Source of the DNA: Opitutia bacterium KCR 482
GTDB taxonomy: Bacteria > Verrucomicrobiota > Verrucomicrobiia > Opitutales > Intestinicryptomonadaceae
Direction of reading: 5' to 3'
Length of the DNA stretch: 32,000 nucleotides
NCBI GenBank assembly: GCA_029269845.2
Contig: CP149973.1
Coordinates: 2,190,001 to 2,222,000, forward strand
In this document: positions 15,975-25,678 of the stretch, one piece after another
Layout of the letters: every line of letters starts with the position of its first letter
How positions within the stretch are numbered: the first letter of the stretch is position 1
Translations under genes and position numbers: made by a program
Notes under the pieces: model-generated
The model's input: the letters and a program-made list of their open reading frames with translations, nothing else
What the model was told of the DNA's origin: nothing
The model's database searches: none

Positions 15975-17057
15975 CTACTTTTTGATGTAGTTCGGAAGAA
16001 TCGTGTCGATGTTGTCGAGCAGTTCCTTCATCGTCGCGGGCGTTTCGTCGCCCATGTTCGAGATGCGGAACGTCGTGCCCTTGATTTTTCCGTAGCCGCC
16101 GTTGAACACCATCTTGAAGCGTTTTTTCAGCTCGTCGAGCAGCGCGGGGAGGTCTACGTTGAGGTTGTTCTTGAAGCAGTTGAGCGTTACCGAGCCGAAC
16201 TTTTCTTCGGGGAAAAGTTCGAAGCCGTGCGCGTAGCCCCAGTCGCGGACGAGCTTGTTGTTTTCGGCGTGGCGCGCGTAGCGGTTTTCGACGCCCTCTT
16301 CGAAGATGTCGTCGAGCTTGCTGTCAAGCGCGTAGAGCATCGAGATAATCGGGGTGGAGGGGGTCTGCGACTTGTCGAAGAATTTCTTGAATTCGAGGAA
16401 GTCGAAATAGTAGCCTCTGCCTTCGACCGTTTCGGCGCGTTTCATCGCCTTTTCGGAAACCGAGCAGAACGAGAGTCCCGGAGGAATTGCGAGAGCCTTC
16501 TGGCAGCCCGTTACCATTACGTCGATTCCGAGTTCGTCCTTCTTGATGGGCATTGCCGAGAACGAGCTTACGGTGTCTACAATCGAAACGACGTCGGGGA
16601 ATTTTTTAAGCACTTCCGAGAGCGCCTTGATGTCGCTCATAGTGCCCGTGGACGTTTCGTTGTGGATAATCGTTACGGCGTCGTACTTGTTTGTGGAAAG
16701 CTCCTTTTCGAGGGCTTCGGGGCATACGGGTTTGCCCCAGTCGAACTTCAATTCGCCGGCTTCCTTGCCGCAGCGTTTCGATACGTCGTACCACTTGTCC
16801 GAGAACGCGCCGTTGCAGCAGTTGAGCACGCCCTTCTTTACTACGTTGCGGATTGCGCCTTCCATTACGCCCCACGACGAGCTTGTACTGAGGAAAACGG
16901 GGTCGTTCGTATAGAACAACTGTTTGAGACGCGGCATGATGTTGTCCACGAGTTTCACGAAGTCTTTGCTTCTGTGTCCCACGATGGGTGTCGTCATTGC
17001 CTTGTATGTTTTTTCGGAGACCTCTACGGGTCCGGGTATGAACAGTTTGTATGACAT
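15975..17057 (-). CDS. PLP-dependent aminotransferase, class V (serine-pyruvate / alanine-glyoxylate type)
   Basis: The start was moved to the internal ATG giving MSYKLFIPGPVEV, the family-typical N-terminus. This also removes the overlap with panD. The PLP-lysine context is VTGCQKALAIPPGLS, and there is an NETSTG motif. Length is 360 aa. Confidence 0.85.
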   Translation of the reverse strand: MSYKLFIPGPVEVSEKTYKAMTTPIVGHRSKDFVKLVDNIMPRLKQLFYTNDPVFLSTSSSWGVMEGAIRNVVKKGVLNCCNGAFSDKWYDVSKRCGKEAGELKFDWGKPVCPEALEKELSTNKYDAVTIIHNETSTGTMSDIKALSEVLKKFPDVVSIVDTVSSFSAMPIKKDELGIDVMVTGCQKALAIPPGLSFCSVSEKAMKRAETVEGRGYYFDFLEFKKFFDKSQTPSTPIISMLYALDSKLDDIFEEGVENRYARHAENNKLVRDWGYAHGFELFPEEKFGSVTLNCFKNNLNVDLPALLDELKKRFKMVFNGGYGKIKGTTFRISNMGDETPATMKELLDNIDTILPNYIKK

Positions 17058-17121
17058 ATCTTTTAGTGTTTGATGTTTGGAAATTCTTTTACGAAACAAG
17101 CCCGACGCCTGCGCGTTCGAG

Positions 17122-17493
17122 CTATGCAATCATGTTTTGCGACTTTATGATTTTCGTGTTTTTCTCCGCCAGCGTAATCGTGCGCGGCAGGTGTTTTGCG
17201 ATTTCGCGCTCGTCCACCTGCGCGAACGACATGATTACGAGAAGGTCTCCGACGTTTCCGAGGTGCGCCGCCGCCCCCCGCACCGAGAACGTGCCGCTTC
17301 CGCGCGGGGCGGGTATTGCGTATGTCTCGAAACGTTTGCCGTTCGAGATGTTGCCCACAAGGATTTTTTCGTAGGGCAGCATGCCGACCTTGTCCATGAG
17401 GTCCAAGTCTATCGCAAGCGAGCCTTCGTAGTCTATGCGGGCGTCGGTCGTTTCGGCTCGCAGTATCTTGGACTTTAACATTTCAACTAACAT
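17122..17493 (-). CDS. panD: Aspartate 1-decarboxylase (pyruvoyl-dependent)
   Basis: 123 aa. MLKSKILRAETTDARIDYEGSLAIDLDLMD contains the Gly-Ser self-cleavage site (YEGS). Also present are NGKRFETYAI and VRGAAAHLGNVGDLLVIMSF. AGGAGA lies 7-8 nt upstream of the ATG. Confidence 0.92.
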   Translation of the reverse strand: MLVEMLKSKILRAETTDARIDYEGSLAIDLDLMDKVGMLPYEKILVGNISNGKRFETYAIPAPRGSGTFSVRGAAAHLGNVGDLLVIMSFAQVDEREIAKHLPRTITLAEKNTKIIKSQNMIA

Positions 17494-17610
17494 CGGGATT
17501 GTCTCCTCTAAATTTTTTAGTAAAAGTCGGCAGAAATATAAAAAAAGCGCGATTAGTCAACCATTTTTTATATTTGAAGTTAGTTAGTCGCTTATATCCA
17601 AATTGTTAAA

Positions 17611-20406
17611 TTATAGAAATATGTCGCGCTGCCCCTGCCCCTTGTCGGGCCCGATAAGTCCTCGCTGCTCCAATTCCTCGACGATGTTTGCGGCGCGGTT
17701 GTAGCCCACGCCGAGCTTGCGTTGCAGGAACGAAATGCTCGTCTTCTTCGTCTCGCGGATTATGCCGACCGCCTTTGCTATCATGGGGTCGCCGAATTCG
17801 CCGCCGTCGCCCGCGTCGTCTTCTTCGTCGGTCGCGCTGTCGATTTCCGACTGCACGTCTTCGGCGTACTGCGGCTCTCCGTTCACCTTCAACGCCTCCA
17901 CTATCGCCTCTATTTCGCCGTCGGAAAGGTACGCTCCCTGCGCGCGGACGGGGTCGGACGTGCCGTTGTTGAGGAAGAGCATGTCGCCCCAGCCGATGAG
18001 CGATTCCGCGCCCTTGCGGTCGAGAATCGTGCGGCTGTCTATCTGCGATGTAACTTTAAAGGCGATTCGCGTGGGGAGGTTGTTTTTTATCAGCCCCGTG
18101 ATGACCTTTACGTCGGGGCGTTGCGTTGCGATAATCATGTGTATGCCCGCCGCCCGCGCCAACTGCGTGATTCGGGCGATGTACGATTCCACCTCTTTGC
18201 CGACTACGCTCATAAGGTCGGCAAGCTCGTCTATAATGCAGACGATGTACGGCAGTTTTTCTTTCGGGATTTCGACGTTTTCGTCCAAGCCCTCCTCTTT
18301 GGCGGCGATTGCCGCCTGACGCTCTTCGGGGGAGAGCGCGGCGAACTCTCGTTCGGATTCGCGCATTTGCTCCTTGTCTTTGAGGATTTTCGCGTTGAAG
18401 CCGTCGATGTTGCGCACTCCCGTTTTATTGAAAATCTGGTATCGGCGCATCATTTCGGCGGTTAGCCATTTTAGCGCGGCCGCCGCCTTTTTGACGTCGC
18501 TAACTACGGGAATGAGCATGTGGGGCACGGAGTTGTAGCCCTGCAACTCGACCATTTTTGGGTCAATCATAATCAGGCGCAGGTCTTCGGGCGTCATTTT
18601 GTAGAGCATTGATACTATGATTGTGTTGATACAGACGCTTTTGCCCGAATTTGTAGAGCCCGCGATGAGCGCGTGCGTCATTTTTTTGAGGTTTGCGACA
18701 ATCGGCTCGCCCACGGCGTCCTTGCCGAGCGCGAGCGGAATTTCGAACTTGTTGTCGCGCCACTGCTTCGATTGCAGAACCTCGCGCAGTGAAACGTTTT
18801 GCCTGTGAATGTTCGGAACTTCTATGCCGACCGTGCCGCGACCGGGAACGGGGGCGATGATTCTTACTTTCTGCGCCTTGATTCCCGCGGTGATGTCGTC
18901 TTCGAGGTTCGCGATTCTGCTAATTTTGACCCCCGCGGCGGGCTTTACTTCGTAGCGCGTGATGACGGGGCCGGGGTAGGCGTGGTCGGGCAGGACTTTC
19001 ACGCCGAACGAGCCGATTACGTTGACGATTTCGGCAATGCGCGAGTCGTAGTCTTCTTCGGGTAGGTCGTCCTTGTCCTGCGGCTCGGCGAGGAGGTCAA
19101 TCGACGGGAAGACGTAGCCGTTTTTAGTGGTTTCCTCTTTTGCAAATTCCACTTTTTCCTCCTTGAAGCGCACGACGTCTATTGTCGGCGCGGATTCCTC
19201 CGCAGCTGGCTCGGGGCGGCTTTGCTGCTCGGCGCGGACGTGCGTTAAATCTATTGCGCCGCCCGATTTTTGCGCTTCGGCGGCGGGCTGTGTTTCGGAA
19301 TTTTGCGCCGCCGCTTCAACGGCGGGCTGTTCGGACGCGTCGTCCGACTGCCGTTCGGCGGACGCGGGTTCGGCGGAAGTCTGCTCGAATTCCCTTTCAA
19401 AGTCGTCGAAGAATTTTCCGTCGGTTTCGTCGTCGTCAAAGCGGGAGGAGAAGTCGCTAATAGGCGCGTCTATTTCTACGCCCGCGTTGGGGACGGGCTT
19501 TTCTTCGGGCTGTGCGGGTTCGGCGGGTTTTTTCTCTTCGGGCGCGGCGAGAGTGTCGGCTTCCGCCCGCTCTTCGGGTTGTCCGTCGGCGGGTTGTTCG
19601 GCTTGCGCGGCGCGGATTTCGTCCGCCTTTTGCGCCGACTGCGCCTCGGCTTCTGCGGCGCGTTTTGCCTTTGCCGCCATTTTTTTGCGGCGGGGCAGGG
19701 GGGCTTCGTCCTCGTCGTCGGTCTGTCTGCGCGAGAGCAGTTTTTTCGGCAGCCACGCGGCCGCCGCCAACGCGAATTTTGCGAGCTTCCAGAGGTGCGA
19801 CGGCGCAGCCTTTGCCGCTCCGACAAGCTCTTTCGCCGCCTCCGCGGGACTTTCCACAAACACGAATACGACGCACGCCATATAGAGCGTGCCCACAAGT
19901 ATTCCGCTTCCCGTTATGTTGAGAAATTGCCTGAGCAGGTTGTCGAACACGAGCGCGCCGAATTTGCCGCCCAAGCCCGACGGAAACGACGCCGACTGTG
20001 CTCCGTCAACCGCCGCCTGAATTACCGACCACAGCACCGAAAACAGCAGCAGCCCCGCAAGCGACGCCGCAAGCACGCCTTTCGAGACCGCCGCCGCGCT
20101 GCGCTTGAAACACATTGCGCCGAGCCAAATCAGGTAGACGGGAATCATGTACGCCGCGCCTCCGAGAAGCAGGAATGTCGCCGTGCAGAATGTCGCGCCG
20201 AATTTGCCGCAGATGTTTGCGCCCGCGCTTTGTGTGGAGGCGATGAACGGCTCGAAATAGGGTTTGAAAAAAATCTCCTGCCCCGACGCGAAGTCGAGCA
20301 TTGAAAGCCCGATTAACGCGCCGAGGATAATCATCGCCGCCGCCGCGACGGGGTGTCTGCGCCCGACGATGTCGCCGAGTTTTGCGCCTCTTTTGATTTT
20401 CGCCAT
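17611..20406 (-). CDS. ftsK: DNA translocase FtsK/SpoIIIE
   Basis: 931 aa. The N-terminal region has multiple TM segments, followed by a long acidic Pro/Ala/Glu-rich linker. The motor domain has Walker A AGSTNSGKS and Walker B IVCIIDELADLM. The C-terminal gamma winged helix reads SISFLQRKLGVGYNRAANIVEELEQRGLIGP. Confidence 0.95.
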   Translation of the reverse strand: MAKIKRGAKLGDIVGRRHPVAAAAMIILGALIGLSMLDFASGQEIFFKPYFEPFIASTQSAGANICGKFGATFCTATFLLLGGAAYMIPVYLIWLGAMCFKRSAAAVSKGVLAASLAGLLLFSVLWSVIQAAVDGAQSASFPSGLGGKFGALVFDNLLRQFLNITGSGILVGTLYMACVVFVFVESPAEAAKELVGAAKAAPSHLWKLAKFALAAAAWLPKKLLSRRQTDDEDEAPLPRRKKMAAKAKRAAEAEAQSAQKADEIRAAQAEQPADGQPEERAEADTLAAPEEKKPAEPAQPEEKPVPNAGVEIDAPISDFSSRFDDDETDGKFFDDFEREFEQTSAEPASAERQSDDASEQPAVEAAAQNSETQPAAEAQKSGGAIDLTHVRAEQQSRPEPAAEESAPTIDVVRFKEEKVEFAKEETTKNGYVFPSIDLLAEPQDKDDLPEEDYDSRIAEIVNVIGSFGVKVLPDHAYPGPVITRYEVKPAAGVKISRIANLEDDITAGIKAQKVRIIAPVPGRGTVGIEVPNIHRQNVSLREVLQSKQWRDNKFEIPLALGKDAVGEPIVANLKKMTHALIAGSTNSGKSVCINTIIVSMLYKMTPEDLRLIMIDPKMVELQGYNSVPHMLIPVVSDVKKAAAALKWLTAEMMRRYQIFNKTGVRNIDGFNAKILKDKEQMRESEREFAALSPEERQAAIAAKEEGLDENVEIPKEKLPYIVCIIDELADLMSVVGKEVESYIARITQLARAAGIHMIIATQRPDVKVITGLIKNNLPTRIAFKVTSQIDSRTILDRKGAESLIGWGDMLFLNNGTSDPVRAQGAYLSDGEIEAIVEALKVNGEPQYAEDVQSEIDSATDEEDDAGDGGEFGDPMIAKAVGIIRETKKTSISFLQRKLGVGYNRAANIVEELEQRGLIGPDKGQGQRDIFL

Positions 20407-20429
20407 TGTTTATCGAAAAGTGTTTTTTG

Positions 20430-22091
20430 TTAAATGTTTAAAAGTTTCCTCGCGTGCGCCAACGCCGATTCCGAGTTTCTGTCGCCGAGCATTCTCGCAA
20501 GCTCCGAAACCCTGAGCGTTTCGTCGCCGCCGATGGGTGTTATCGAAACGCTTGTGGAGTCAGCCGTCTGCGTTTTTTGCACAAGCAGGTGGTTGTGCGC
20601 CCGCGCCGCAACCTGCGGCAGGTGTGTAATGCAGAAAACCTGCCTGTTTTCGGAGAGCTTTTCAAGCTCCTTCCCGACTTCCGCGCCGATTTCCCCGCCG
20701 ACGTTCGCGTCTACTTCGTCGAACACGAGCACAGGCGTTCCGTCCGCCTGCGCGAGCACGGTTTTGAGCGCGAGCATTACGCGGGCGATTTCGCCGCTCG
20801 AGGCGATTTTCGCGAGCGTATATTTGGGCTGTCCCGCGTTCGCCGCGAATTCGAATTCGCAAGAGCTTCCGCAGTTCGGCGACGGTTCGGGGTCGGGCGA
20901 TACCGCGATTCCGAATTCCGCCTTTTTGAAGCCGAGCCTTCCGAGGACTTTTGCCGCCTCTTTCGAAAGTTTTTCCGCGCCCTTTTTGCGCGTCTCCATT
21001 ACGGATTTTGCAAGCGGCGCAAGCTTTGCGAGAATTTCGGCTTCGCGCGATTCGAGCCTTTTTATCGAAGCCCCCACGTCGGACTGCATTTCGATTTTCC
21101 GCGCCATTTCAGCCCGCGCTTCGCGCACGGCTTCGGGCGTCGCGCCGTATTTGCGCGAGAGCGTAAGCCAGTCGGACATTTTTTCGCGCACTGCGGCGAT
21201 TTCCTCCTCCGACATGTCGCACGAACGCGCAAGCCGCGCGTATTCCTCCGCGATGTCCGAAAGCTCCACCGCCGCGTTTGCGAGCCTCTGAGAGAGGGCG
21301 GCGGCATCGTCGCCCGCGCCGTCGAGGTCTGACGCAAGCCTGTTCGCCTGCGCGAGCTGCTCGGACGCGCCGTTTTCGCCCTCCAAAAGCCCGTAGACGG
21401 CGTTCGATTTCTCGACGATTTCGCTCGCCATTTCCGCGACTTTCGACGCCCGTTCAAGCTCCGCCACCGCTTCGTCGGTGGGGTTCACGGCGTCAATCGC
21501 CTCTATTTGGCTTTTGAGGTATTCGATTTCGTCGGGCGAAAGCTTTTTCGAATTTTTGAGCGCGTCTATTTCGCCGAGAATTTTCGCGCGCTCTCTATAT
21601 AATAAAAGGTATTCGTCGCGGTCGGCTTTGTCGCCGGCGTAGTTGTCGAGCATTTCGAGCTGGTTTTTTGCCGAGAAAAGCTTTTGCGGCTCGCGCGGCC
21701 CGTGGAAGTCTATCCACATGCGACCTAGCTCCGCCAGCGCCGACAGCGGCGCGAGTGTCCCGTTGACGCCCGCCCGCCCCGCCTTTTCGCGGCTGATTAC
21801 GCGGGCTAGGACAAGCGAGTTGTCGTCGCATTTCTGTATTCCGTTGCTTTCGAGGAACGCGTCGATTTCTGATGTGTCGGGGAATGTTAGCAGGGCTTCC
21901 ACGCGGCAGGCGTCCGCGCCGTTCCTTACGATTTCGCGCCCGCACCTGTTGCCCGCAAGCAGCGACAACGCGCCGAGCATGACGCTTTTGCCCGCGCCCG
22001 TTTCGCCCGTAATCGCGGTGAATCCGCCCGCAAATTCGATTCGCGCCTCTTCTAGTAGCGCGAGGTTTGAAATCTTCAAATACTCTATCAT
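20430..22091 (-). CDS. recN: DNA repair protein RecN (SMC-like ATPase)
   Basis: The start was set at MIEYLKISNLALLEEARIEFAGGFTAITGETGAGKS (Walker A). There is a long coiled-coil centre. The C-terminus has ASSGEIARVMLALK and LVFDEVDANVGG (Walker B). The ORF-track start at 22145 adds 18 non-conserved residues. Confidence 0.92.
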   Translation of the reverse strand: MIEYLKISNLALLEEARIEFAGGFTAITGETGAGKSVMLGALSLLAGNRCGREIVRNGADACRVEALLTFPDTSEIDAFLESNGIQKCDDNSLVLARVISREKAGRAGVNGTLAPLSALAELGRMWIDFHGPREPQKLFSAKNQLEMLDNYAGDKADRDEYLLLYRERAKILGEIDALKNSKKLSPDEIEYLKSQIEAIDAVNPTDEAVAELERASKVAEMASEIVEKSNAVYGLLEGENGASEQLAQANRLASDLDGAGDDAAALSQRLANAAVELSDIAEEYARLARSCDMSEEEIAAVREKMSDWLTLSRKYGATPEAVREARAEMARKIEMQSDVGASIKRLESREAEILAKLAPLAKSVMETRKKGAEKLSKEAAKVLGRLGFKKAEFGIAVSPDPEPSPNCGSSCEFEFAANAGQPKYTLAKIASSGEIARVMLALKTVLAQADGTPVLVFDEVDANVGGEIGAEVGKELEKLSENRQVFCITHLPQVAARAHNHLLVQKTQTADSTSVSITPIGGDETLRVSELARMLGDRNSESALAHARKLLNI

Positions 22092-22217
22092 CTGCCCTAA
22101 AATGAAAGCCCGATAATTGCACTTTTTCCCCGTTTTTCCAAGCACGATTTTTCCGTCTTTTCAACCTTTTTGCGCCGCCGCCCGCGCCGTCCGCCGCGGC
22201 GGAAAGTTCAAATTGCC

Positions 22218-22248
22218 TTGACATTTCGGGGCAAATTGGGACTATAAA
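22218..22248 (+). promoter_or_regulatory. Candidate sigma70-type promoter for lpxC/fabZ
   Basis: TTGACA (22218-22223) and TATAAA (22243-22248) lie 31 nt before the ATG. The 19-nt spacer is longer than optimal, and promoter rules for this lineage are unknown. Confidence 0.3.
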
Positions 22249-22279
22249 CCGCTTTATTTATATCTCCGAGTATTAATTT

Positions 22280-23632
22280 ATGAAACAACGGACCATTCTT
22301 AGAGAAGCTTCAATCAGCGGCACGGGGTTGCACAGCGCCGCCGAAGTGACATTGACTCTCAAACCAGCTCCCGAAAATACGGGGATAGTTTTCAGACGCA
22401 AAGACATCTATTCGAAACCGGAGCTGCGTCCGCACATTTCGCACATCTCGCAGGACTTGGTCAGAAACACGGGCGTTTCGGAGGGGCACGTAAAACTGCA
22501 TACAATCGAGCACGTCGTGAGCGCGCTCAACGGCATGAACGTTGACAACTGCTATGTTGAAATGAACGCCGACGAACCCCCGATTCTCGACGGCTCGGCA
22601 AAGCTTTTCGTAAACCTTATCCAGCAGGCGGAACCCGTGGAGCAGGACGCCGAGCGCGAGGAGTTCGCGCTTGTCGAGCCGGTTTCCGTTTCCGACGGCA
22701 ACCGTTCGATTATCGCGCTTCCCTACGACGGCCTCAAAATCACCTGCACCTCAGCCGACGACAGGGGTATTCACACCCAGCACCTTTCAATCGACATAGA
22801 CCCCGAAACATATCAGGCGGCAATCGCGCCCGCACGCACGTTCACGATTTACGAGGACATCGAACCCCTCCTGAAAATGGGGAAAATTCAGGGCGGAAGT
22901 CTCGATTCGGCAATCGTCATCAAGGGCAACAAAATTCTCTCGAAAGAGCCGCTCCGCTATCAGGACGAGTTCGTGCGCCACAAGATTTTGGACATCATAG
23001 GCGACATCGCGCTTCTCGGCGTGAAGTTGAAGGCTCACATCGTGGCGGTCCGCCCGGGGCACGCGCTCAACGCAAAGCTCACGGAGAAAATCTACAAGCA
23101 GATGGAGTCTCTCAAAAACGCCCCGAAAAAGCCCGCAAAGCAGGTTTCGGCGGCGGATTCGGAGCACCACAAAATCTTTACCGAGGCTACTCTCGACGCC
23201 CGCAGAATCCTCGAACTTCTGCCGCACAGGTATCCGTTCGTTCTCATCGACCGCATTACCGAAACGCGCGGAAATACGGAGCTTACGGCAATCAAAAACG
23301 TAACGCTCAACGAGCAGTTCTTTCAGGGGCACTTCCCGGGGAATCCCGTAATGCCGGGGGTCTTGCAGCTTGAAGCAATGGCGCAGGCTGCGGGCATTCT
23401 AATGCTCAGGCAAATCGACGGGGAGGACAAACTTGCGTTCTTCATGAGCGCGGACAAAGTCAAGTTCCGCAGGGCGGTAAAACCGGGCGACCAGCTCCAA
23501 ATAGACGTGAAAATTACGAAAAACCGCGACGGGAAAATCGCATGCGCCGAGGGCACTTGCAAAGTCGCGGGGAAGGTGGTTTCGTCGGCGGATTTGATGT
23601 TCGCAATCATGGACGCCGCGGACGCGCCGTAA
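22280..23632 (+). CDS. lpxC/fabZ: Bifunctional UDP-3-O-acyl-GlcNAc deacetylase / (3R)-hydroxyacyl-ACP dehydratase (LpxC-FabZ fusion)
   Basis: 450 aa. The LpxC half contains [30 protein letters not shown] and [14 protein letters not shown]. The FabZ half contains [13 protein letters not shown] and [23 protein letters not shown]. Confidence 0.93.
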   Translation: MKQRTILREASISGTGLHSAAEVTLTLKPAPENTGIVFRRKDIYSKPELRPHISHISQDLVRNTGVSEGHVKLHTIEHVVSALNGMNVDNCYVEMNADEPPILDGSAKLFVNLIQQAEPVEQDAEREEFALVEPVSVSDGNRSIIALPYDGLKITCTSADDRGIHTQHLSIDIDPETYQAAIAPARTFTIYEDIEPLLKMGKIQGGSLDSAIVIKGNKILSKEPLRYQDEFVRHKILDIIGDIALLGVKLKAHIVAVRPGHALNAKLTEKIYKQMESLKNAPKKPAKQVSAADSEHHKIFTEATLDARRILELLPHRYPFVLIDRITETRGNTELTAIKNVTLNEQFFQGHFPGNPVMPGVLQLEAMAQAAGILMLRQIDGEDKLAFFMSADKVKFRRAVKPGDQLQIDVKITKNRDGKIACAEGTCKVAGKVVSSADLMFAIMDAADAP

Positions 23633-23648
23633 TCGGAGGCTTTTGAAA

Positions 23649-24428
23649 ATGACCAACATTCACCCGACTGCAATTATCGAAAAAGGCGCGGAGCTTGACG
23701 ACGGCGCCGAAGTGGGCGCGTATGCGTACATCGGCTCTCAGGCGAGAATCGGCGGCGGAACGGTCGTCGCGCACCACGCGACGGTTGACGGCAACACGGT
23801 TCTCGGGCGCGACAACCAGATTTTTCCGTACGCGTACATCGGCGGAAAAACGCACGACCTCAAATTCAAAGGCGGCAACCCTGGGCTTGTCATCGGCGAC
23901 AGAAACGTTTTCCGCGAATATACAACCGCGCATCTGGCGACCGCCGACGGCAACAATACGATAGTCGGCAACGACAACAACATTCTTGCGTACAGCCACA
24001 TCGCGCACGACTGCGTTGTGGGCAACAAAATTGTCATGAGCTCGCACGCCGCGCTCGGCGGACATGTCGTTTTGGAGGACAACGTCGTGATAGGCTGGGG
24101 AAGCGGCGCGCACCAGTTCTGCCGAATCGGCGCGTATGCAATGCTCAGCGCAAGCTCGAAACTGGTGAAAGACCTGCCGCCGTTTTTCATGGCTGACGGC
24201 TCTCCCGCGGAAGTATGCGCAATCAACAAAATCAACATGCAGCGCAACGGGTTTTCGGTTGAGGAAATCGACGTGGCGTACAGCGCGTTCAAGCTGATTT
24301 ACAAACACAGACTTTCGAGAACCCACGCGGTGGAGGCGTTGGCGCAGCGCGAAAACGCGGCGACATCGCGCGTAATCAGGGCGATTCTCGACTTCGCGCA
24401 CGGCGCGAGCGAACGCGGTCTGGCATGA
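23649..24428 (+). CDS. lpxA: Acyl-ACP--UDP-GlcNAc O-acyltransferase
   Basis: [29 protein letters not shown] is followed by left-handed beta-helix hexapeptide repeats. The GGAGG at 23635-23639 supports the ATG at 23649. The track start at 23643 is a TTG two codons upstream. Confidence 0.92.
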   Translation: MTNIHPTAIIEKGAELDDGAEVGAYAYIGSQARIGGGTVVAHHATVDGNTVLGRDNQIFPYAYIGGKTHDLKFKGGNPGLVIGDRNVFREYTTAHLATADGNNTIVGNDNNILAYSHIAHDCVVGNKIVMSSHAALGGHVVLEDNVVIGWGSGAHQFCRIGAYAMLSASSKLVKDLPPFFMADGSPAEVCAINKINMQRNGFSVEEIDVAYSAFKLIYKHRLSRTHAVEALAQRENAATSRVIRAILDFAHGASERGLA

Positions 24429-24491
24429 GTTCCCTCTAAGGATTTTAAAATGCCATCGCCGCGCGGTTTTCCCGACGGCGATTTTTATTTT

Positions 24492-25067
24492 ATGAAGACA
24501 AACCTCGTAAGACTTTCGCACGACACCGCCCGCCAGTTTTTGGCGGGAGTCCCGCGCGTCTGCGCAATAGACGCGACGGTCGGCAACGGCGGCGACACCC
24601 TGTTTCTCGCCGAACTCGCGTCGGCGTCGGGCGGGCGCGTCTTCGGCTTCGACGTGCAGGCGGCGGCATTGGAACGCGCGCGGGCGAGGCTTGCGGAGCG
24701 TTCGCTTTCGGCGGAGCTGTTCCTTGCGGGGCACGAAAAAATGGAGGAGCTTCTGCCGCCGGAGCTTGCGGGAAAATTCGCGTGCGCGTTCTTCAATCTG
24801 GGCTGGCTTCCGCGCTCCGACAAATCCACGATTACGCGCCCCGAAACAACGCTCGCGGCGATGGACTCGGCGGTCGGGCTTCTCGACAAGTCGCGCGGGC
24901 TTCTGTCGGCATTGTGCTACCGCGGGCACGAGGGCGGGGCGGAGGAGTTCGCGGCGGTTCGCGGATTTTTCGACGCTAACTTCGGGGACGGCTACGAAAG
25001 CTTTTCGGACGCCGAAAACGCGGTGTCGCCCGTGCTGCTCGTCAAAAAATTTTGCGGAGAAAAATAA
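24492..25067 (+). CDS. mnmM: SAM-dependent methyltransferase of the YtqB/MnmM ('putative rRNA methylase') family
   Basis: Three blocks match my recollection of B. subtilis YtqB. DATVGNGGDTLFLAEL...GRVFGFDVQ corresponds to DATMGNGHDTQFLAEL..VYAFDIQ. FNLGWLPRSDKSTITRPETTLAA corresponds to FNLGYLPGGDKSITT. CYRGHEGGAEE corresponds to VYHGHPEGKAEK. The start was set at the internal ATG (MKTNLV). Confidence 0.75.
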   Translation: MKTNLVRLSHDTARQFLAGVPRVCAIDATVGNGGDTLFLAELASASGGRVFGFDVQAAALERARARLAERSLSAELFLAGHEKMEELLPPELAGKFACAFFNLGWLPRSDKSTITRPETTLAAMDSAVGLLDKSRGLLSALCYRGHEGGAEEFAAVRGFFDANFGDGYESFSDAENAVSPVLLVKKFCGEK

Positions 25068-25116
25068 ATCGCAAAAAAGTGTTTAAAAAAAAAACAAACC
25101 GATTCATATTGAGACA

Positions 25117-25596
25117 ATGGAAAAACTGTTGAAATTAATGCTCGACGGCGAGGCTCTCTCAACCGAACAAATGGGCGAGATTCTCGGACTCACAAAAGAC
25201 CAGTTGGACGCCGAATTTAAAAAGCTGTCCGACGCGGGCATATTGCTGGGCTGGCGTCCGGTGATAAACCCCGACGTTGAGGAATCCATGGTGCACGCGG
25301 CAATCGAACTGCGCATAAACCCCGAACGCGACGGCGGTTTCGACAGGCTCGCGCAGAGAATCAGCAGGTTCGACCAAGTCGATTCCTGCTACCTCATGAG
25401 CGGCGCGTACGACCTCCTTCTGTTCGTCCGCGCAAAATCGCTGCGCGGGGTTGCGAGCTTCGTCTACGAAAAACTGGCGACAATCGGCGGGGTGACCTCT
25501 ACCGCAACGCACTTCTTTCTCAAAACCTATAAACAGCAGGGATTCCTCATTCAAAAGGACGTCAACGGCGGCGAACGCCTTTTCTACTCGCCGTAG
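25117..25596 (+). CDS. Lrp/AsnC family transcriptional regulator
   Basis: 159 aa. The N-terminal HTH is LSTEQMGEILGLTKDQLDAEFKKLSDAGIL. The C-terminal RAM/AsnC-type domain is AIELRINPERDGGFDRLAQRISRFDQVDSCYLMSGAYDLLLFVRAKS. Confidence 0.85.
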   Translation: MEKLLKLMLDGEALSTEQMGEILGLTKDQLDAEFKKLSDAGILLGWRPVINPDVEESMVHAAIELRINPERDGGFDRLAQRISRFDQVDSCYLMSGAYDLLLFVRAKSLRGVASFVYEKLATIGGVTSTATHFFLKTYKQQGFLIQKDVNGGERLFYSP

Positions 25597-25617
25597 TTTC
25601 GTCGCGTTTCCCCGATT

Positions 25618-25646
25618 CCGCCGCCGTCAACGCGGCGGTTTGTTTT
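25618..25646 (+). terminator. Hairpin plus T-rich tract between the Lrp-family gene and the aminotransferase (terminator or attenuator)
   Basis: Stem ccgccgc/gcggcgg (25618-25624 and 25632-25638) with loop cgtcaac, followed by tttgtttt. Confidence 0.45.
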
Positions 25647-25678
25647 ACCTACAAGCACATTTTACGGATTTTATACAG

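Noticed and set aside
17494-17610. AT-rich ftsK-panD intergenic region with TTGACT on the minus strand as a panD promoter.
   Set aside because: The candidate -10 (TATATT/TATTTC) sits only 14-16 nt from the -35. The spacing is poor, so no call was made.
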